Below, in pieces: positions 18,962 through 29,593 of a DNA stretch of 64,000 bases. Source of the DNA: an uncultured bacterium (GTDB lineage Bacteria > Abyssobacteria > SURF-5); assembly GCA_964607485.1 (NCBI GenBank), contig CAZSKP010000009.1, positions 79,895-143,894 on the forward strand, read 5' to 3'. A model generated the notes under the pieces. That model saw only the letters and a list, made by a program, of their open reading frames with translations. It did not search any database and was not told where the DNA came from. Made by a program: the position numbers and the translations under genes. Position 1 is the first letter of the stretch. Every line of letters begins with the position of its first letter.

Positions 18962-19627
18962 TCAGGGTTTGGTTTTCGCGTCGGAGGTGGCGAGCTCTTC
19001 GCCCTCGGACCGAGCGGAACTCGGCGCTTCGGACTCCTGCCGGAGTTGGGCGCGCACATAGAGCAGACGCTGGATAACGGTCAGATGGGTGAGTATGGCG
19101 AGCACCCAGAGCGCCCCAATGTCAAAGCCGATTATGAGTCCCCCCGCAAAGATGATCACGCGTTCCGCCCTTTCGGCGATGCCGACATCGCACTTTTCAA
19201 CGAGCGGCTCCGCCCTGGCTCTGACATATGGGACCAATAACGAGCCCAGAATCACGACACCGCACAGCGCCATCCCTCCGAACCGCATTTCTCCGGTGGG
19301 ATGCCACCCTGAGTAATAGAGCGACAGGCCGAGGATGGGAAGAATGTCGGAATATCGGTCCAGGGTGGAATCGAGCACAGTGCCGAATCGACTCTGTCTT
19401 CCCACAACGCGTGCGAGCGCGCCGTCGAGGAGGTCGAACAGTCCTCCCATCAGCACGAGGACGCCGCCCACGACAAAATGTCCGTAAACGAGCGTGAACG
19501 CCGCCACGAGGTTCGTGACGGCTCCCGCTACGGTCAGCATGTTCGGCGAGACGCCCAACGCGGCAAGTCCTCGCGCCAGGGGCGCCAGGGGCTTATCGAG
19601 CCTATGATTCAGCTTCTTACTGAGCAT
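18962..19627 (-). CDS. CDP-alcohol phosphatidyltransferase (PIP/AIP synthase-like)
   Basis: SPNMLT, DLLDGALAR...G.VLDSTLDRYSD, YVRARAE, GIAERAER, TVIQRL. Confidence 0.88.
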   Translation of the reverse strand: MLSKKLNHRLDKPLAPLARGLAALGVSPNMLTVAGAVTNLVAAFTLVYGHFVVGGVLVLMGGLFDLLDGALARVVGRQSRFGTVLDSTLDRYSDILPILGLSLYYSGWHPTGEMRFGGMALCGVVILGSLLVPYVRARAEPLVEKCDVGIAERAERVIIFAGGLIIGFDIGALWVLAILTHLTVIQRLLYVRAQLRQESEAPSSARSEGEELATSDAKTKP

Positions 19628-19808
19628 GTTCTCGCACCGACCGAATTTGCCATGAACGCGCGCAACGGACCGGGAGACGACAACGAGCGTCCGAGGCTGC
19701 CGGGCCTAAACCCGCGATTGCACCTGCTCTTTCATGCTAGCAGAAGAAGACGTGGCAAATCAAGGACACAGCCGTGAAGAAACCGACGCCGACCGCGAAA
19801 CTTCGCGC

Positions 19809-21173
19809 TCAGACGGTCGATTCCGTCGGGATATAGAGTATGTGGCCGCATTCCTTGCATCTGGCTTTTCTGCCGGCGAGCGACGCCTTCACGGTGTACC
19901 GTTTTCCGCATCCGTCGCAGTCAAACTGAATTGTTTCGGAACCGCTGTCGGTCTCTTTCGTCGTCAACCGCATCGCCTCTTCTTCATCGCCCGGCTTGGT
20001 CTGTTCGCGCTGCAATTCCCTGCGGGGCGATGCAGCGCCTGTTCCGGCGGGCGCTTTGGCCGGCCTCTGCCACGGCCTCGTCCGGTCCAGAGCCCAAACC
20101 CCAACAAGCACCGCAAAAACGCTGACAATCAGCAGCACCACATTATGGGCGATCATGGAAACGAGCATGACGACCAGCGACAGGGCCAACGCCGCCAAGA
20201 ACATCGCAGGCCATACGACCGTCCGGCCCGCACCGCCCAGCGCGGGAACGAAATTGAGGGCGGCATTGACAGGGCCGAAGAACAGACAAAGGCCGACCCA
20301 CATCATGAGGAAGCCGGCAATTCGAGGAAGCCCCTTGCTGACACGATGTTCGGACGCCATTTGCGCGATGGCCGCCTCGCGGGGCGCTGCGATCGCCCGA
20401 AAAAAACGCCTCTTTCCTTTGTAGAAGTAAGGCTCTACAGCGTCACCGTTCAACTTCCCAAACAGGGTGACCGTCGTGCCCGACTTGACCCCGGTGTAAC
20501 TTATCCGAAGATTGCCGATGTCCGGAGCCCGCAGGGTCCCCTTGCCGACGAATATGTAATCGCCGTCGAGACGCGCATTGACGGACGGAATAAAGGCTTT
20601 CCTGGTAATCGGAACGGGAGAAGGGAGAGGCAGCCTCAAGGATTGCGGGTTACAGCGATAAGCGCCCACGGACGCCTCGCGAACAAAGAAGGACTGATCT
20701 TTCACGGACGGCGCCGGATTTTCATGACCCTCCGGATACTGGAACAAGCTGGATTTCGGAGGATCATCGCACCACTCCTTATCGTATGAATCCGTTGTTT
20801 CAGCGTCTTGCCCGCCCTCTGTTTTTTTCTGTGCCTCGCCGGGCTTGCGTTCCACCCATGAATACATTTCAACTTTCCGGTAGAGCGCAATATAGGGACC
20901 GTATTCCAAGAACCACGGGTCCCCGATGGCCTTTGCGGATTTGAGCTCGCCGGTGACCGAAATGAATGTGCCGTCTGCCGCGGGATCGACGGTTTCGGCG
21001 TTCACGGCTCTGCTCGTCCCGGCCACTTTCGTCATGTCGATACGGCCTTCGTTCCACCAGAGCAAGACGAATGAGGCCAGGAGCAGAACAAGCCCGATAG
21101 CGACTTCCTTTATAGATCCGATGATGTTTCGGACAAACCCCGTCTCGCGAGTGTCAGTGAATCGATCACCCAT
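19809..21173 (-). CDS. TMEM43 (DUF1625)-family membrane protein with C-terminal zinc ribbon
   Basis: GLVLLLASFVLLWWNEGR, RKVEMYSWVE, GHENP, IGNLRISY, three C-terminal TM segments, then FDCDGCGKRY...CKECG. Confidence 0.78.
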   Translation of the reverse strand: MGDRFTDTRETGFVRNIIGSIKEVAIGLVLLLASFVLLWWNEGRIDMTKVAGTSRAVNAETVDPAADGTFISVTGELKSAKAIGDPWFLEYGPYIALYRKVEMYSWVERKPGEAQKKTEGGQDAETTDSYDKEWCDDPPKSSLFQYPEGHENPAPSVKDQSFFVREASVGAYRCNPQSLRLPLPSPVPITRKAFIPSVNARLDGDYIFVGKGTLRAPDIGNLRISYTGVKSGTTVTLFGKLNGDAVEPYFYKGKRRFFRAIAAPREAAIAQMASEHRVSKGLPRIAGFLMMWVGLCLFFGPVNAALNFVPALGGAGRTVVWPAMFLAALALSLVVMLVSMIAHNVVLLIVSVFAVLVGVWALDRTRPWQRPAKAPAGTGAASPRRELQREQTKPGDEEEAMRLTTKETDSGSETIQFDCDGCGKRYTVKASLAGRKARCKECGHILYIPTESTV

Positions 21174-21328
21174 GCGGAGTCCCCCTCCTAAGTGGAACGA
21201 TTCAGACTCTGAGAGAACTATATTGTCAAGATATCGAAAATCGAGTTCAGTAAGAGCCGACGGCCCCTATCGGACGACACCACCTCCCCCGACATTTTGG
21301 CCGCACGGCCTGCTCATCGGGCGCGCTT

Positions 21329-22939
21329 CTACTCCGCCCTCGGTCCGGCCGCCAGCACCTCGGGCGTCACGTCTGCTGCAAATTCGGCGAAGTTGCTCCG
21401 GAATCTGGCTGCGAGGTTCCGGGCCGCCTCATCGTACGCCTTGGGGTCCTTCCACGTGCTGCGCGGCTCGAGTATGTCGCTCGGCACGTCGGGACACGAC
21501 GTCGGCACGTGGAGGGAGAAGACGGGGTCCTCCCTCGTCGGCGCCTGTTCAAGCCTTCCGTCGAGTATCGCGCTGATGATGGCGCGCGTGAAAGCTATGC
21601 TGACCCGCTTTCCGACGCCGTACGGCCCTCCTATCCACCCTGTATTCACCAGCCAGCACGATACGCCGTGGCGGTCGATCTTTTCCCCGAGAAGCTTGCC
21701 GTACACGGCCGGCGGAAGCGCCATGAACGGAGCGCCGAAGCACGCGCTGAACGTGGCCTCGGGCTCTGCGCCGAGGCCGCTCTCCGTGCCGGCCACCTTC
21801 GCGGTGTAGCCGGAGAGGAAGTGGTAGATCGCCTGGTCCTTCGTGAGCTTCGCCACGGGCGGCATGATGCCGAACGCGTCGCACGTGAGCATTATCACAA
21901 TGTTCGGGAGTCCGGCCCTGCCGGAACGTATCGCGCCCTCGATGTGCGGGATCGGGTACGCCGCGCGAGTGTTCTCGGTGAACATCGCGTCGTTGAGGTC
22001 GACACGCCGCGTCTGGGGATTTATGGTCACATTCTCGAGGATCGTTCCGAACTTTCTCGTGCACTCATATATCTGCGGCTCCGCCTCGGAGGAGAGCCGT
22101 ATCACCTTTGCGTAGCAGCCGCCCTCGAAGTTGAAGATCCCCTCTTCGCTCCAGCCGTGCTCGTCGTCGCCCAACAGCCGCCTCTGCGGGTCGGCGGAGA
22201 GCGTCGTCTTTCCCGTTCCCGACAGCCCGAAAAAGAGCGCCACGTCTCCTTTAGAGCCCACGTTCGCCGAGCAGTGCATCGACAGAACCTTCTCGAGAGG
22301 CAGCAGGTAGTTCAAGACAGTGAAGACAGATTTCTTGATCTCTCCCGCGTAACTCGTTCCTCCGATGAGAATCAGTTTTCTCCCGAAGTTCACCAGGATG
22401 AACGCTTCGGAGTTCGTCCCATCGACCTCTGGGATTGCGTGAAATTGGGGGCCTGAGAGGATGGTAAACCTCGGCTCGTGCGTTCGGAGTTCCTCGGGGT
22501 CGTGAATCTGCACGAAAAGGTTTCTGGCGAAAAGGTTTTGCCACGCGGTCACGGTGATTATGCGGATGGGGACACGATACCGGGGGTCCGCGCCGGCGTA
22601 GCAGTCTTGCACGTAAAGGTCCCGGCCCTGCACGTATGCCTGAAGCCGGAGAAAAAGCGCGTCGAAGTGCGCGACGTCGAACGGCCGGTTCGTCTTGCCC
22701 CACCAGATTGCCGACTCGGTCGAAGGCTCGCGCACGATGAAGCGATCCTTGGGCGAACGTCCCGTGTGGTGTCCCGTTCGCACGACGAGCGGGCCGAGAT
22801 GCGCGATGGTTCCCTCTCTTCTGCGAACCACTTCCTCGTAAAGAGCCGCCGTGGAAAGGTTCCAAAAAACCGTCCCCAGGTTACGAAACCCGTGTTTGTC
22901 AAGCCCGTAATGACGAGCGCCGGTTTCGACCGCCTCCAT
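21329..22939 (-). CDS. pckA: Phosphoenolpyruvate carboxykinase (ATP)
   Basis: TGRSPKD, YAGEIKK, MHCSAN, GLSGTGKTTLS, GDDEHGW, NFEGGCYAK, TENTRAAYP. Confidence 0.98.
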   Translation of the reverse strand: MEAVETGARHYGLDKHGFRNLGTVFWNLSTAALYEEVVRRREGTIAHLGPLVVRTGHHTGRSPKDRFIVREPSTESAIWWGKTNRPFDVAHFDALFLRLQAYVQGRDLYVQDCYAGADPRYRVPIRIITVTAWQNLFARNLFVQIHDPEELRTHEPRFTILSGPQFHAIPEVDGTNSEAFILVNFGRKLILIGGTSYAGEIKKSVFTVLNYLLPLEKVLSMHCSANVGSKGDVALFFGLSGTGKTTLSADPQRRLLGDDEHGWSEEGIFNFEGGCYAKVIRLSSEAEPQIYECTRKFGTILENVTINPQTRRVDLNDAMFTENTRAAYPIPHIEGAIRSGRAGLPNIVIMLTCDAFGIMPPVAKLTKDQAIYHFLSGYTAKVAGTESGLGAEPEATFSACFGAPFMALPPAVYGKLLGEKIDRHGVSCWLVNTGWIGGPYGVGKRVSIAFTRAIISAILDGRLEQAPTREDPVFSLHVPTSCPDVPSDILEPRSTWKDPKAYDEAARNLAARFRSNFAEFAADVTPEVLAAGPRAE

Positions 22940-23130
22940 AAATTACCTCCCGTGCGGCGCGGTTTCTTACACGCCGCCAATCTCTGCGCCGCTTCCCGCG
23001 GCGATTGCGAATCCACCCTGGAGCTTCGTCCTACCCACCCCCACGCATCGGCAGATGAGTCTTCATTTATTTTTACTATATTATATTTGTCTCTCAGATT
23101 TGTCCATCCCGTTCGTGTTTGAAAGAATCA

Positions 23131-25269
23131 TCACACCGTTTCGGCCGAGGTGGCACTTGCCGCCGACAGGTAGAAGCGTTCGGCATAGTCCCTCACCATG
23201 CGGTCCGCGTTGAAGCGCCACCCGAGGCTCTGCATCGCCTCCTTCATTCGCTGCACCCATCGATGCGGAATCCCGCCGCCATCCCGCTCGTAGTAAAGCG
23301 GGATCACCTCCTTTTCGAGGGTTTCGTAAAGAAACTCGGCGTCCCGCTGATATTGTACGTTCGGATCGTTGTGCATGCCGCCATGGCCGATGGCAAAGCC
23401 GTTCTTGCCGTTGTAGGCCTCATTCCACCAGCCGTCGAGGATTGAAAGGTTCAGCCCTCCGTTGAGAACGACCTTCTCGCCGCTGGTTCCGCACGCTTCC
23501 AGCGGTCGGCGGGGATTGTTCAGCCACACATCCACTCCCTGCACGAGATGGCGGGCCACGTTGTAATCGTAGTTTTCGACGAAGACGATCCGCTTCCTGT
23601 GCGCCGGGTCGGTACAATGTCGGGCGATTCGCTGTATAATCCGCTTGCCTTCGTCGTCGCGGGGGTGGGCCTTGCCGGCAAAAACGAGCTGGATCGGTCG
23701 CTTGGCGTCCACAACCAGCTTGGCCAGACGCTCGGGCTGTGACAAAATCAGGTCACCCCGCTTGTAGGTTGCAAATCGGCGGGCGGAACCGATGGTAAGA
23801 ATATCCGGGTCGAGTATCTGTTCGATTTGTTGAGCCGTTTCGCTATCTCCCAGTCGCTCCGCCTGCAGAAGCAGACGCCTGCGAACGAAGCGAATCAGCC
23901 GCATTTTCAAACTCTGCTGCGTCTCCCACAGCTCGCCGTCATCGATTTCGGCGACCTTCTCCCAGACATCCGGGTGAACCATGCGGGTCGGCCAATTCTG
24001 CGCCAGACGGGTCTCGAACAACTGCTTCATCTGCGGCGCCAGCCATGACAGCACGTGCACGCCGTTGGTGATGTGGCCGATCGGAACCTCCACCTCGGGC
24101 CGCTCGGGCCAGAGCTGATGCCACATACGGCGGCTGATGTCGGCATGTATCGCCGAGACGGCGTTCGCCCGGCGCGAGTTCTTCAAGGCCAGGACAGTCA
24201 TGCAGAAAGGTTCCGACCTGTCTCCCGGATTAACTCGCCCCTGCGCCATGAATTCATCATGGGACAACCCCAATTTCTCCCGCAAGACTCCCAGGTGCTC
24301 TTCGACCAGGTCGGGCGAAAACCGGTCGTGCCCGGCCGACACGGGGGTGTGCGTCGTGAACACGGTGTACAGCGACACACGGCGTCGGGCCCTGTGAAAC
24401 GGAAGCGAGTCGTCCTGCATCACCCGACGGATTTCCTCAAGAATGGCAAATGCGCTGTGGCCCTCGTTTAGATGCAGCACGCCGGGGAATATGTTCAGCG
24501 CCTGCAACGCTCGCGCGCCCCCGACTCCCAGTAGCAGCTCCTGCCGGATGCGGACACGATCGTTACCCCCATAAAGCCGCGAGGTCAGTCCCCGGTCTTC
24601 GGCCGAGTTCCCCTCCACGTTGGAATCGAGCAGAAGCAAATAAACGCGACCCGCCTGCAATCGCCAGACACGAGCCTGAAGAAAACCGTCTCGCGTGTCG
24701 ACTCGCACGACCAATGGCTGCCCGTCGGCTCCCGCTACCGGTTGCAGGGGCAGTTGGTGGATATCGAGGTTAACGTACTCTTCTTCCTGCCAGCCGTCCT
24801 TGTTCAAGAGCTGACTGAAATAGCCCTGGTGATAGAGAAGCCCGATCCCTATCAAGGGAATTCCGAGGTCCGAGGCGCTCTTCAGATGGTCGCCGGCCAG
24901 AATGCCCAGGCCGCCCGAATAGATGGGTATCGATTCGTGCAGGCCGAACTCGGCAGAAAAATAGACTACCGGCCTGCTGCTCAGGTTGCCGCAATGCACG
25001 GCTCCCCACGTCTTACGCTGTTCGACATACTCGTTCAGCCGGCGGAACGCGTGGTTGATGCGGCTGTGAAGCACCAGCTCGGCAGCCCGCTCCTCGACCT
25101 GTTCCGGGGTGAGCTGGTTCAGAAACGCAATCGGATTGTGGCTCACCTGCCGCCAGAGCTGAGGGTCGAGGTCGGTGAAAAGGCTGATGACCTCCGGATG
25201 CCACGACCACCACAGGTTCTGGGCCAGCGCGCGAAGTCGTGTGTGAAGATGATTGTTCGAATTTGCCAT
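23131..25269 (-). CDS. glgP: Alpha-glucan (glycogen) phosphorylase
   Basis: NLWWSW, YSGGLGILAGDHLKSASD, HLNEGH, ARRFATYKR, EACGTSGEK, LDGWW. Confidence 0.96.
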   Translation of the reverse strand: MANSNNHLHTRLRALAQNLWWSWHPEVISLFTDLDPQLWRQVSHNPIAFLNQLTPEQVEERAAELVLHSRINHAFRRLNEYVEQRKTWGAVHCGNLSSRPVVYFSAEFGLHESIPIYSGGLGILAGDHLKSASDLGIPLIGIGLLYHQGYFSQLLNKDGWQEEEYVNLDIHQLPLQPVAGADGQPLVVRVDTRDGFLQARVWRLQAGRVYLLLLDSNVEGNSAEDRGLTSRLYGGNDRVRIRQELLLGVGGARALQALNIFPGVLHLNEGHSAFAILEEIRRVMQDDSLPFHRARRRVSLYTVFTTHTPVSAGHDRFSPDLVEEHLGVLREKLGLSHDEFMAQGRVNPGDRSEPFCMTVLALKNSRRANAVSAIHADISRRMWHQLWPERPEVEVPIGHITNGVHVLSWLAPQMKQLFETRLAQNWPTRMVHPDVWEKVAEIDDGELWETQQSLKMRLIRFVRRRLLLQAERLGDSETAQQIEQILDPDILTIGSARRFATYKRGDLILSQPERLAKLVVDAKRPIQLVFAGKAHPRDDEGKRIIQRIARHCTDPAHRKRIVFVENYDYNVARHLVQGVDVWLNNPRRPLEACGTSGEKVVLNGGLNLSILDGWWNEAYNGKNGFAIGHGGMHNDPNVQYQRDAEFLYETLEKEVIPLYYERDGGGIPHRWVQRMKEAMQSLGWRFNADRMVRDYAERFYLSAASATSAETV

Positions 25270-25345
25270 AGGGAAATTTCTCCGCTCTCCTCCTCCAGAT
25301 TACCGGACCCCTGCCTTTCGCCATCCCCCCGTCTCGACGGAGCCA

Positions 25346-25900
25346 TCATTGTATCTGAATGTTCTCGTCAATCGGGATGTCCACCCTCGTCACTCCACGG
25401 TCCCAGTTCTTCTTCGACATTATCAAGCCGCTTCTTTCCAACACGGCGAACATCCGGGTGTTTTCGTTCATGATGTAGCCTATGATAACGCGGACGCCCT
25501 GGAGCTTGGCCACGTGAGCGAGATGCCGAAGCACTTCCGTGCCGATTCCGCGTCCCTGGTGGGCATCCTGGACGACAATGGCAAACTCGGCGGTGTCGGC
25601 CTCTTTTTCGTCCATCGTGTAGCGCCCTACTGCCACCATCCTGTCCCTGCCGTGCTCGCTCAGGAGCGCCACGATGGCCATCTGCTTGTCGTAATCTATG
25701 TGCGTGAACTTCTCGAGCTGTTCCTTGGGCATGTATTTCAACGTGGAAAAGAACCGCAGATGAATCGTCTCTTTCGAAAGCGAGTTGAAGAGCTCGACCA
25801 TGAGCGTGTCGTCCGTCGGCTTGATGGGCCGGAAGAATATCTGCGTTCCGTCGGCGAGTTCGACGGTCTTGCTGTATTGCTCCGGATAGGTCGAGTGCAT
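25346..25900 (-). CDS. Stand-alone GNAT resembling the acetyltransferase domain of Pat/PatZ protein lysine acetylases
   Basis: YPEQY...LADGTQIFFRPIKPTD...LSKETIHLRFF...IDYDKQMAIVA...AEFAIVVQDAHQGRGIG...ENTRM. Start set at ATG 25900, just after the pyrE stop. Confidence 0.8.
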   Translation of the reverse strand: MHSTYPEQYSKTVELADGTQIFFRPIKPTDDTLMVELFNSLSKETIHLRFFSTLKYMPKEQLEKFTHIDYDKQMAIVALLSEHGRDRMVAVGRYTMDEKEADTAEFAIVVQDAHQGRGIGTEVLRHLAHVAKLQGVRVIIGYIMNENTRMFAVLERSGLIMSKKNWDRGVTRVDIPIDENIQIQ

Positions 25901-25902
25901 CG

Positions 25903-26517
25903 CTACGGACTCCCCCAGGGCGCGCGGCTGCCGGGTTTGGAGAGCGGAACGCCACGCCGGCAGAGCGGGCACGTGTCCTTTTGAAATGTCTCCACCTGCA
26001 CCCGCGCCAGAGGCTTGAAAGGGACGCCGAATTCGACATTGCCGCCGCTTCGGTCGATTACCGCCCCGACGCCGACGACGACCGCCCGCATTCGACCCAT
26101 GGCCTCAATGACTTCCTGAGCGGACCCTCCGGTGGTTGTCACGTCCTCGACCACGAGCACGCGTTCGCCCTCGCTCACGCTGAAGCCTCGTCTGAGCGTC
26201 ATCGAGCCCGATTCGCGCTCGGTGAACACCGCCCTCACGCCGAGAGCCCGGGCGACCTCATGGGCAACGACTATGCCGCCGATGGCCGGGCCGATGACGC
26301 AGTCGATCTTCGACTTGGCAAATTTCCCGGCTATTGCCGAGCCGATGCGCTGGGCGAGTTTTGGATGTTGCAGCACCAACGCGCACTGCAGATACTTCTC
26401 GCTGTGGCGGCCCGATGAGAGCTGGAAGTGGCCGGAGAGCAGCGCCCCCCTTTGCTCGAACATCTCAAGCAATTCTTTTGGGGACAGTTTTTCCGGTTTC
26501 GATTGCTTCGCAGACAC
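25903..26517 (-). CDS. pyrE: Orotate phosphoribosyltransferase
   Basis: GHFQLSSGRHS, PRPP motif VLVVEDVTTTGGS. Confidence 0.96.
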   Translation of the reverse strand: MSAKQSKPEKLSPKELLEMFEQRGALLSGHFQLSSGRHSEKYLQCALVLQHPKLAQRIGSAIAGKFAKSKIDCVIGPAIGGIVVAHEVARALGVRAVFTERESGSMTLRRGFSVSEGERVLVVEDVTTTGGSAQEVIEAMGRMRAVVVGVGAVIDRSGGNVEFGVPFKPLARVQVETFQKDTCPLCRRGVPLSKPGSRAPWGSP

Positions 26518-26531
26518 GGGATCCCGCTCCT

Positions 26532-27257
26532 TCAGCCGATTTCGGCAAGAACTTTCTCGGCGGCCTCAACCGGGTCCTTCGCCTTGGTGATCGGCCGCCC
26601 CACGACTATCCTGTCGGCGCCCATCCTGAGCGCCTCCGAGGGTGTCGCCACTCTCTTCTGGTCGTCGCGTGACGCCCAGGCCGGTCGCACGCCTGGCGTG
26701 ACTATGTGAAATCCGTCGCCGCAGGCGGCTCGCACGGCCTCTACCTCCCTGGGCGAAGCCACGACTCCGTTCAGTCCCGCCTCTTTCGCCTGCCGCGCCT
26801 TCGCGGCGACGAACGCGCCGATGCCCCCGCCGACCGACAGCCCTATCTCCCGTTCGAGGGTCTCGCGGTCGAGGCTCGTGAGCACCGTAACGGCCAACAC
26901 CGTGGGAGGCGCGACGCCGAGTTTCTGCGCAGCCTGAGCGGTTGCCTCGGCCGCGGCGCGCATCATCGCGCTCCCGCCGAGGGCGTGCAGGTTGAACATA
27001 TCGGCTCCCAGCTTCACCGCCGCCTCGGCGGCCCCGGCGACCGTATTCGGGATGTCGTGAAATTTCAAGTCCAGAAACACCGACTTGCCGGCGGATTTCA
27101 AGCGCCTGACGACGTCCGGCCCGGCGGCTGAGAACAGCTCCAGCCCGACTTTGTAAAAGGAAATGGTGTCGCCCATCTTCTCGACGAATCTGAGCGCTTC
27201 GTCGGCAGAAGGGAGGTCAAGAGCAACAATCAGTCGTTCTCTGGGGGCCAGCTTCAT
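26532..27257 (-). CDS. pyrF: Orotidine-5'-phosphate decarboxylase
   Basis: [36 protein letters not shown]. Confidence 0.98.
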   Translation of the reverse strand: MKLAPRERLIVALDLPSADEALRFVEKMGDTISFYKVGLELFSAAGPDVVRRLKSAGKSVFLDLKFHDIPNTVAGAAEAAVKLGADMFNLHALGGSAMMRAAAEATAQAAQKLGVAPPTVLAVTVLTSLDRETLEREIGLSVGGGIGAFVAAKARQAKEAGLNGVVASPREVEAVRAACGDGFHIVTPGVRPAWASRDDQKRVATPSEALRMGADRIVVGRPITKAKDPVEAAEKVLAEIG

Positions 27258-28179
27258 CGGTGACGAGGCTTCCTATGAGTTGATACACATCGCGCATCTT
27301 CTTTTCGACCAGGTAGCGTTCGATTCCCTCGATAATCTCGATTGTGACTTTCGGGTTTATGAAGTTGGCGGTTCCGACGGAAACGGCGGTCGCGCCCGCT
27401 ATGAGGAATTCCACCGCATCCTGCCAGCAGGAGATGCCGCCGATGCCTATGACGGGGATTTTGACGGCGCGCGCCGCCTGCCACACCATCCTGAGCGCCA
27501 CGGGCTTTATGGCTGGGCCCGACAGCCCGCCGGTGATGTTGGCCAGCACCGGCCTGCGGGTATCTATGTCGATCGCCATACCCGTGAGCGTGTTTATGAG
27601 GGAGACCGCGTCGGCACCACCGCGTTCGACGGCGAGCGCGATTGCGGTGATGTCGGTCACATTGGGCGTCAGCTTGACGATGAGCGGCTTGTTCGGAGCC
27701 GCCCGCTTGACTGCCTGGGTCACCTCGGCCGACAGATTTGGGTTCTGCCCGAACGAGATTCCGCCCTGCTTGATGTTCGGGCAAGAGATGTTCAGCTCCA
27801 GCCCGGCGACCCCGTCCTGCTCGTTCAGCTTTTTCGCGACCGCGACGTATTCGTCTATCTCGCGTCCCACAATGTTCACGATGGCCGCCGTGTCGAGCTT
27901 GCGAATTCGAGGGAGCTTGTCCTTTATGAAGGCATCGATGCCGACGTTTTGGAGGCCTATCGAGTTGAGCATTCCCGCGCGGGTCTCGACGATGCGGGCC
28001 GGCCGATTGCCGGGCCAGGGCCTGCTCGAAACGCCCTTCGTGACGAACGCGCCCAGGCGCGAGAGGTCGATGAACCGCGAGAATTCGAGCCCGTAGCCGA
28101 ACGTGCCCGAGGCGGCCATGACGGGATTCTTCATGTCGATGCCGCCGACATTCACGGCGAGGCTGGGACGATTACGCAT
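27217..28179 (-). CDS. pyrD: Dihydroorotate dehydrogenase family 1B, catalytic subunit
   Basis: [44 protein letters not shown]. Confidence 0.97.
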   Translation of the reverse strand: MRNRPSLAVNVGGIDMKNPVMAASGTFGYGLEFSRFIDLSRLGAFVTKGVSSRPWPGNRPARIVETRAGMLNSIGLQNVGIDAFIKDKLPRIRKLDTAAIVNIVGREIDEYVAVAKKLNEQDGVAGLELNISCPNIKQGGISFGQNPNLSAEVTQAVKRAAPNKPLIVKLTPNVTDITAIALAVERGGADAVSLINTLTGMAIDIDTRRPVLANITGGLSGPAIKPVALRMVWQAARAVKIPVIGIGGISCWQDAVEFLIAGATAVSVGTANFINPKVTIEIIEGIERYLVEKKMRDVYQLIGSLVTDEAGPQRTTDCCS

Positions 28180-29593
28180 GCCACATCACCGTCCTGACGT
28201 CGAAGGCGGGGCCCTCGGAACAGATGCGGGTGAACCGGGCCCGCTGGCCGGGCTCCTTGACCGCGCACACGCAGGAAATGCACGCGCCGAATCCGCACGC
28301 CATTCTTTCCTCCAGCAGCACCTCGCACGGGAGGTCGTAACGACTCGCAATTCCGCTCAGCGCGGCCAGCATCGACCTGGGACCGCAGGCGAATATCTTT
28401 GTGGCAGTCGAAGCCTTCCATTCTTTTTCGAGGTACTCGACGAGAGCTTCGGTCACCAGGCCGCGGCGTCCCGCGCTGCCGTCGTCGGTGCAGACGACGG
28501 GCGAAAGCCCCATCCGCTCGAATCTCGCGATCCTCTGCTCCGGCTCGCCCCGGGTGCGGAACGGAATCCTCGATTTGGTGATTGCGCCCAGGAACAGTTT
28601 CACCCTGACGCCGTTGCGCACGAGTTCCTCGGCGAGAAACAGGAGCGGCGGCGAGCCTATTCCCCCGCCAACGAGCAGCGCGACCTCGGGCAACGGAGCG
28701 ATCGTGAAGCCTTTGCCAAGCGGGCCGACGACGTCGATCGCATCGTCCGCCGCGTATCGAGCGAGAGCCTCGGTACCGGAGCCGCCCGGCAGCCGGCGAT
28801 AGATTATTTCAAATTCCGATTCCACCCAATTGACGAGATACATCCATCCCGCGCCGAGCCGACGCGTGTCTTCCAGTCTGCGCCACGGTGACGGCGGCCC
28901 GTAGGAGGCTATGCTGAACGGTCGGCGCAGGAACGGGCGTCTGTCGAGCAGCTCTATCCCGCGCATCTTCGGCCACCGTCCGCCCGTGTATGAGACGCAT
29001 CGATACTTGGGGCTCTGAGCGTGCGGAGCCGGGTCGCACATCACCTGCAGGAACTGTCCGGGGGCGGGTTTTGGGACGAGACCGGCCCGTATGCGAAGCG
29101 AGAAATGGTCTTTGACGAACTGATGATTCTTCCGGACCAGGCCTTTGAAATGAAAATCGGGAAACGGAATCGATACGGAGGGCAGTTCTCGCGTCAGCTC
29201 GCGCGCCTCGTCCTTGCCGACAAGAGCCGAACTCGCCGTCAGAAAATCGATGCACTGCGAGGGATCGATGACGCCGAGGTTGCCCGCTGAATCCGCGCAC
29301 ACAATCGCCTCTGTCGCAAAGCCCAGGTCCGGTTCTAGATGCCCGAGCAACGAACGCCCCGGCAAAACGTAGAATTTCCAGAGCGGCCTCCTGCCCTCCA
29401 GCCATGCGAGGTCCGGCTCCGGGACAAACCCGCGGCGTCTTTCCCTTCCCCGCTTCTCCCGCGCCGGAGTTGCTGTCTGCAACCCATTCTCTTGGGCGTA
29501 ACGGGAAAGCAGGCGGATGAGTGCGAAGCGGAGTTGCCCACGCGTGGGGTTCACACTGACTCTTGTCACTTCAACGGAACCGCCTTCGTTCAA
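28172..29593 (-). CDS. pyrK: Dihydroorotate dehydrogenase electron-transfer subunit with long N-terminal extension
   Basis: [47 protein letters not shown]...C [2Fe-2S]. The 473-aa ORF is well above usual PyrK length; the exact start is uncertain. Confidence 0.88.
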   Translation of the reverse strand: MNEGGSVEVTRVSVNPTRGQLRFALIRLLSRYAQENGLQTATPAREKRGRERRRGFVPEPDLAWLEGRRPLWKFYVLPGRSLLGHLEPDLGFATEAIVCADSAGNLGVIDPSQCIDFLTASSALVGKDEARELTRELPSVSIPFPDFHFKGLVRKNHQFVKDHFSLRIRAGLVPKPAPGQFLQVMCDPAPHAQSPKYRCVSYTGGRWPKMRGIELLDRRPFLRRPFSIASYGPPSPWRRLEDTRRLGAGWMYLVNWVESEFEIIYRRLPGGSGTEALARYAADDAIDVVGPLGKGFTIAPLPEVALLVGGGIGSPPLLFLAEELVRNGVRVKLFLGAITKSRIPFRTRGEPEQRIARFERMGLSPVVCTDDGSAGRRGLVTEALVEYLEKEWKASTATKIFACGPRSMLAALSGIASRYDLPCEVLLEERMACGFGACISCVCAVKEPGQRARFTRICSEGPAFDVRTVMWHA

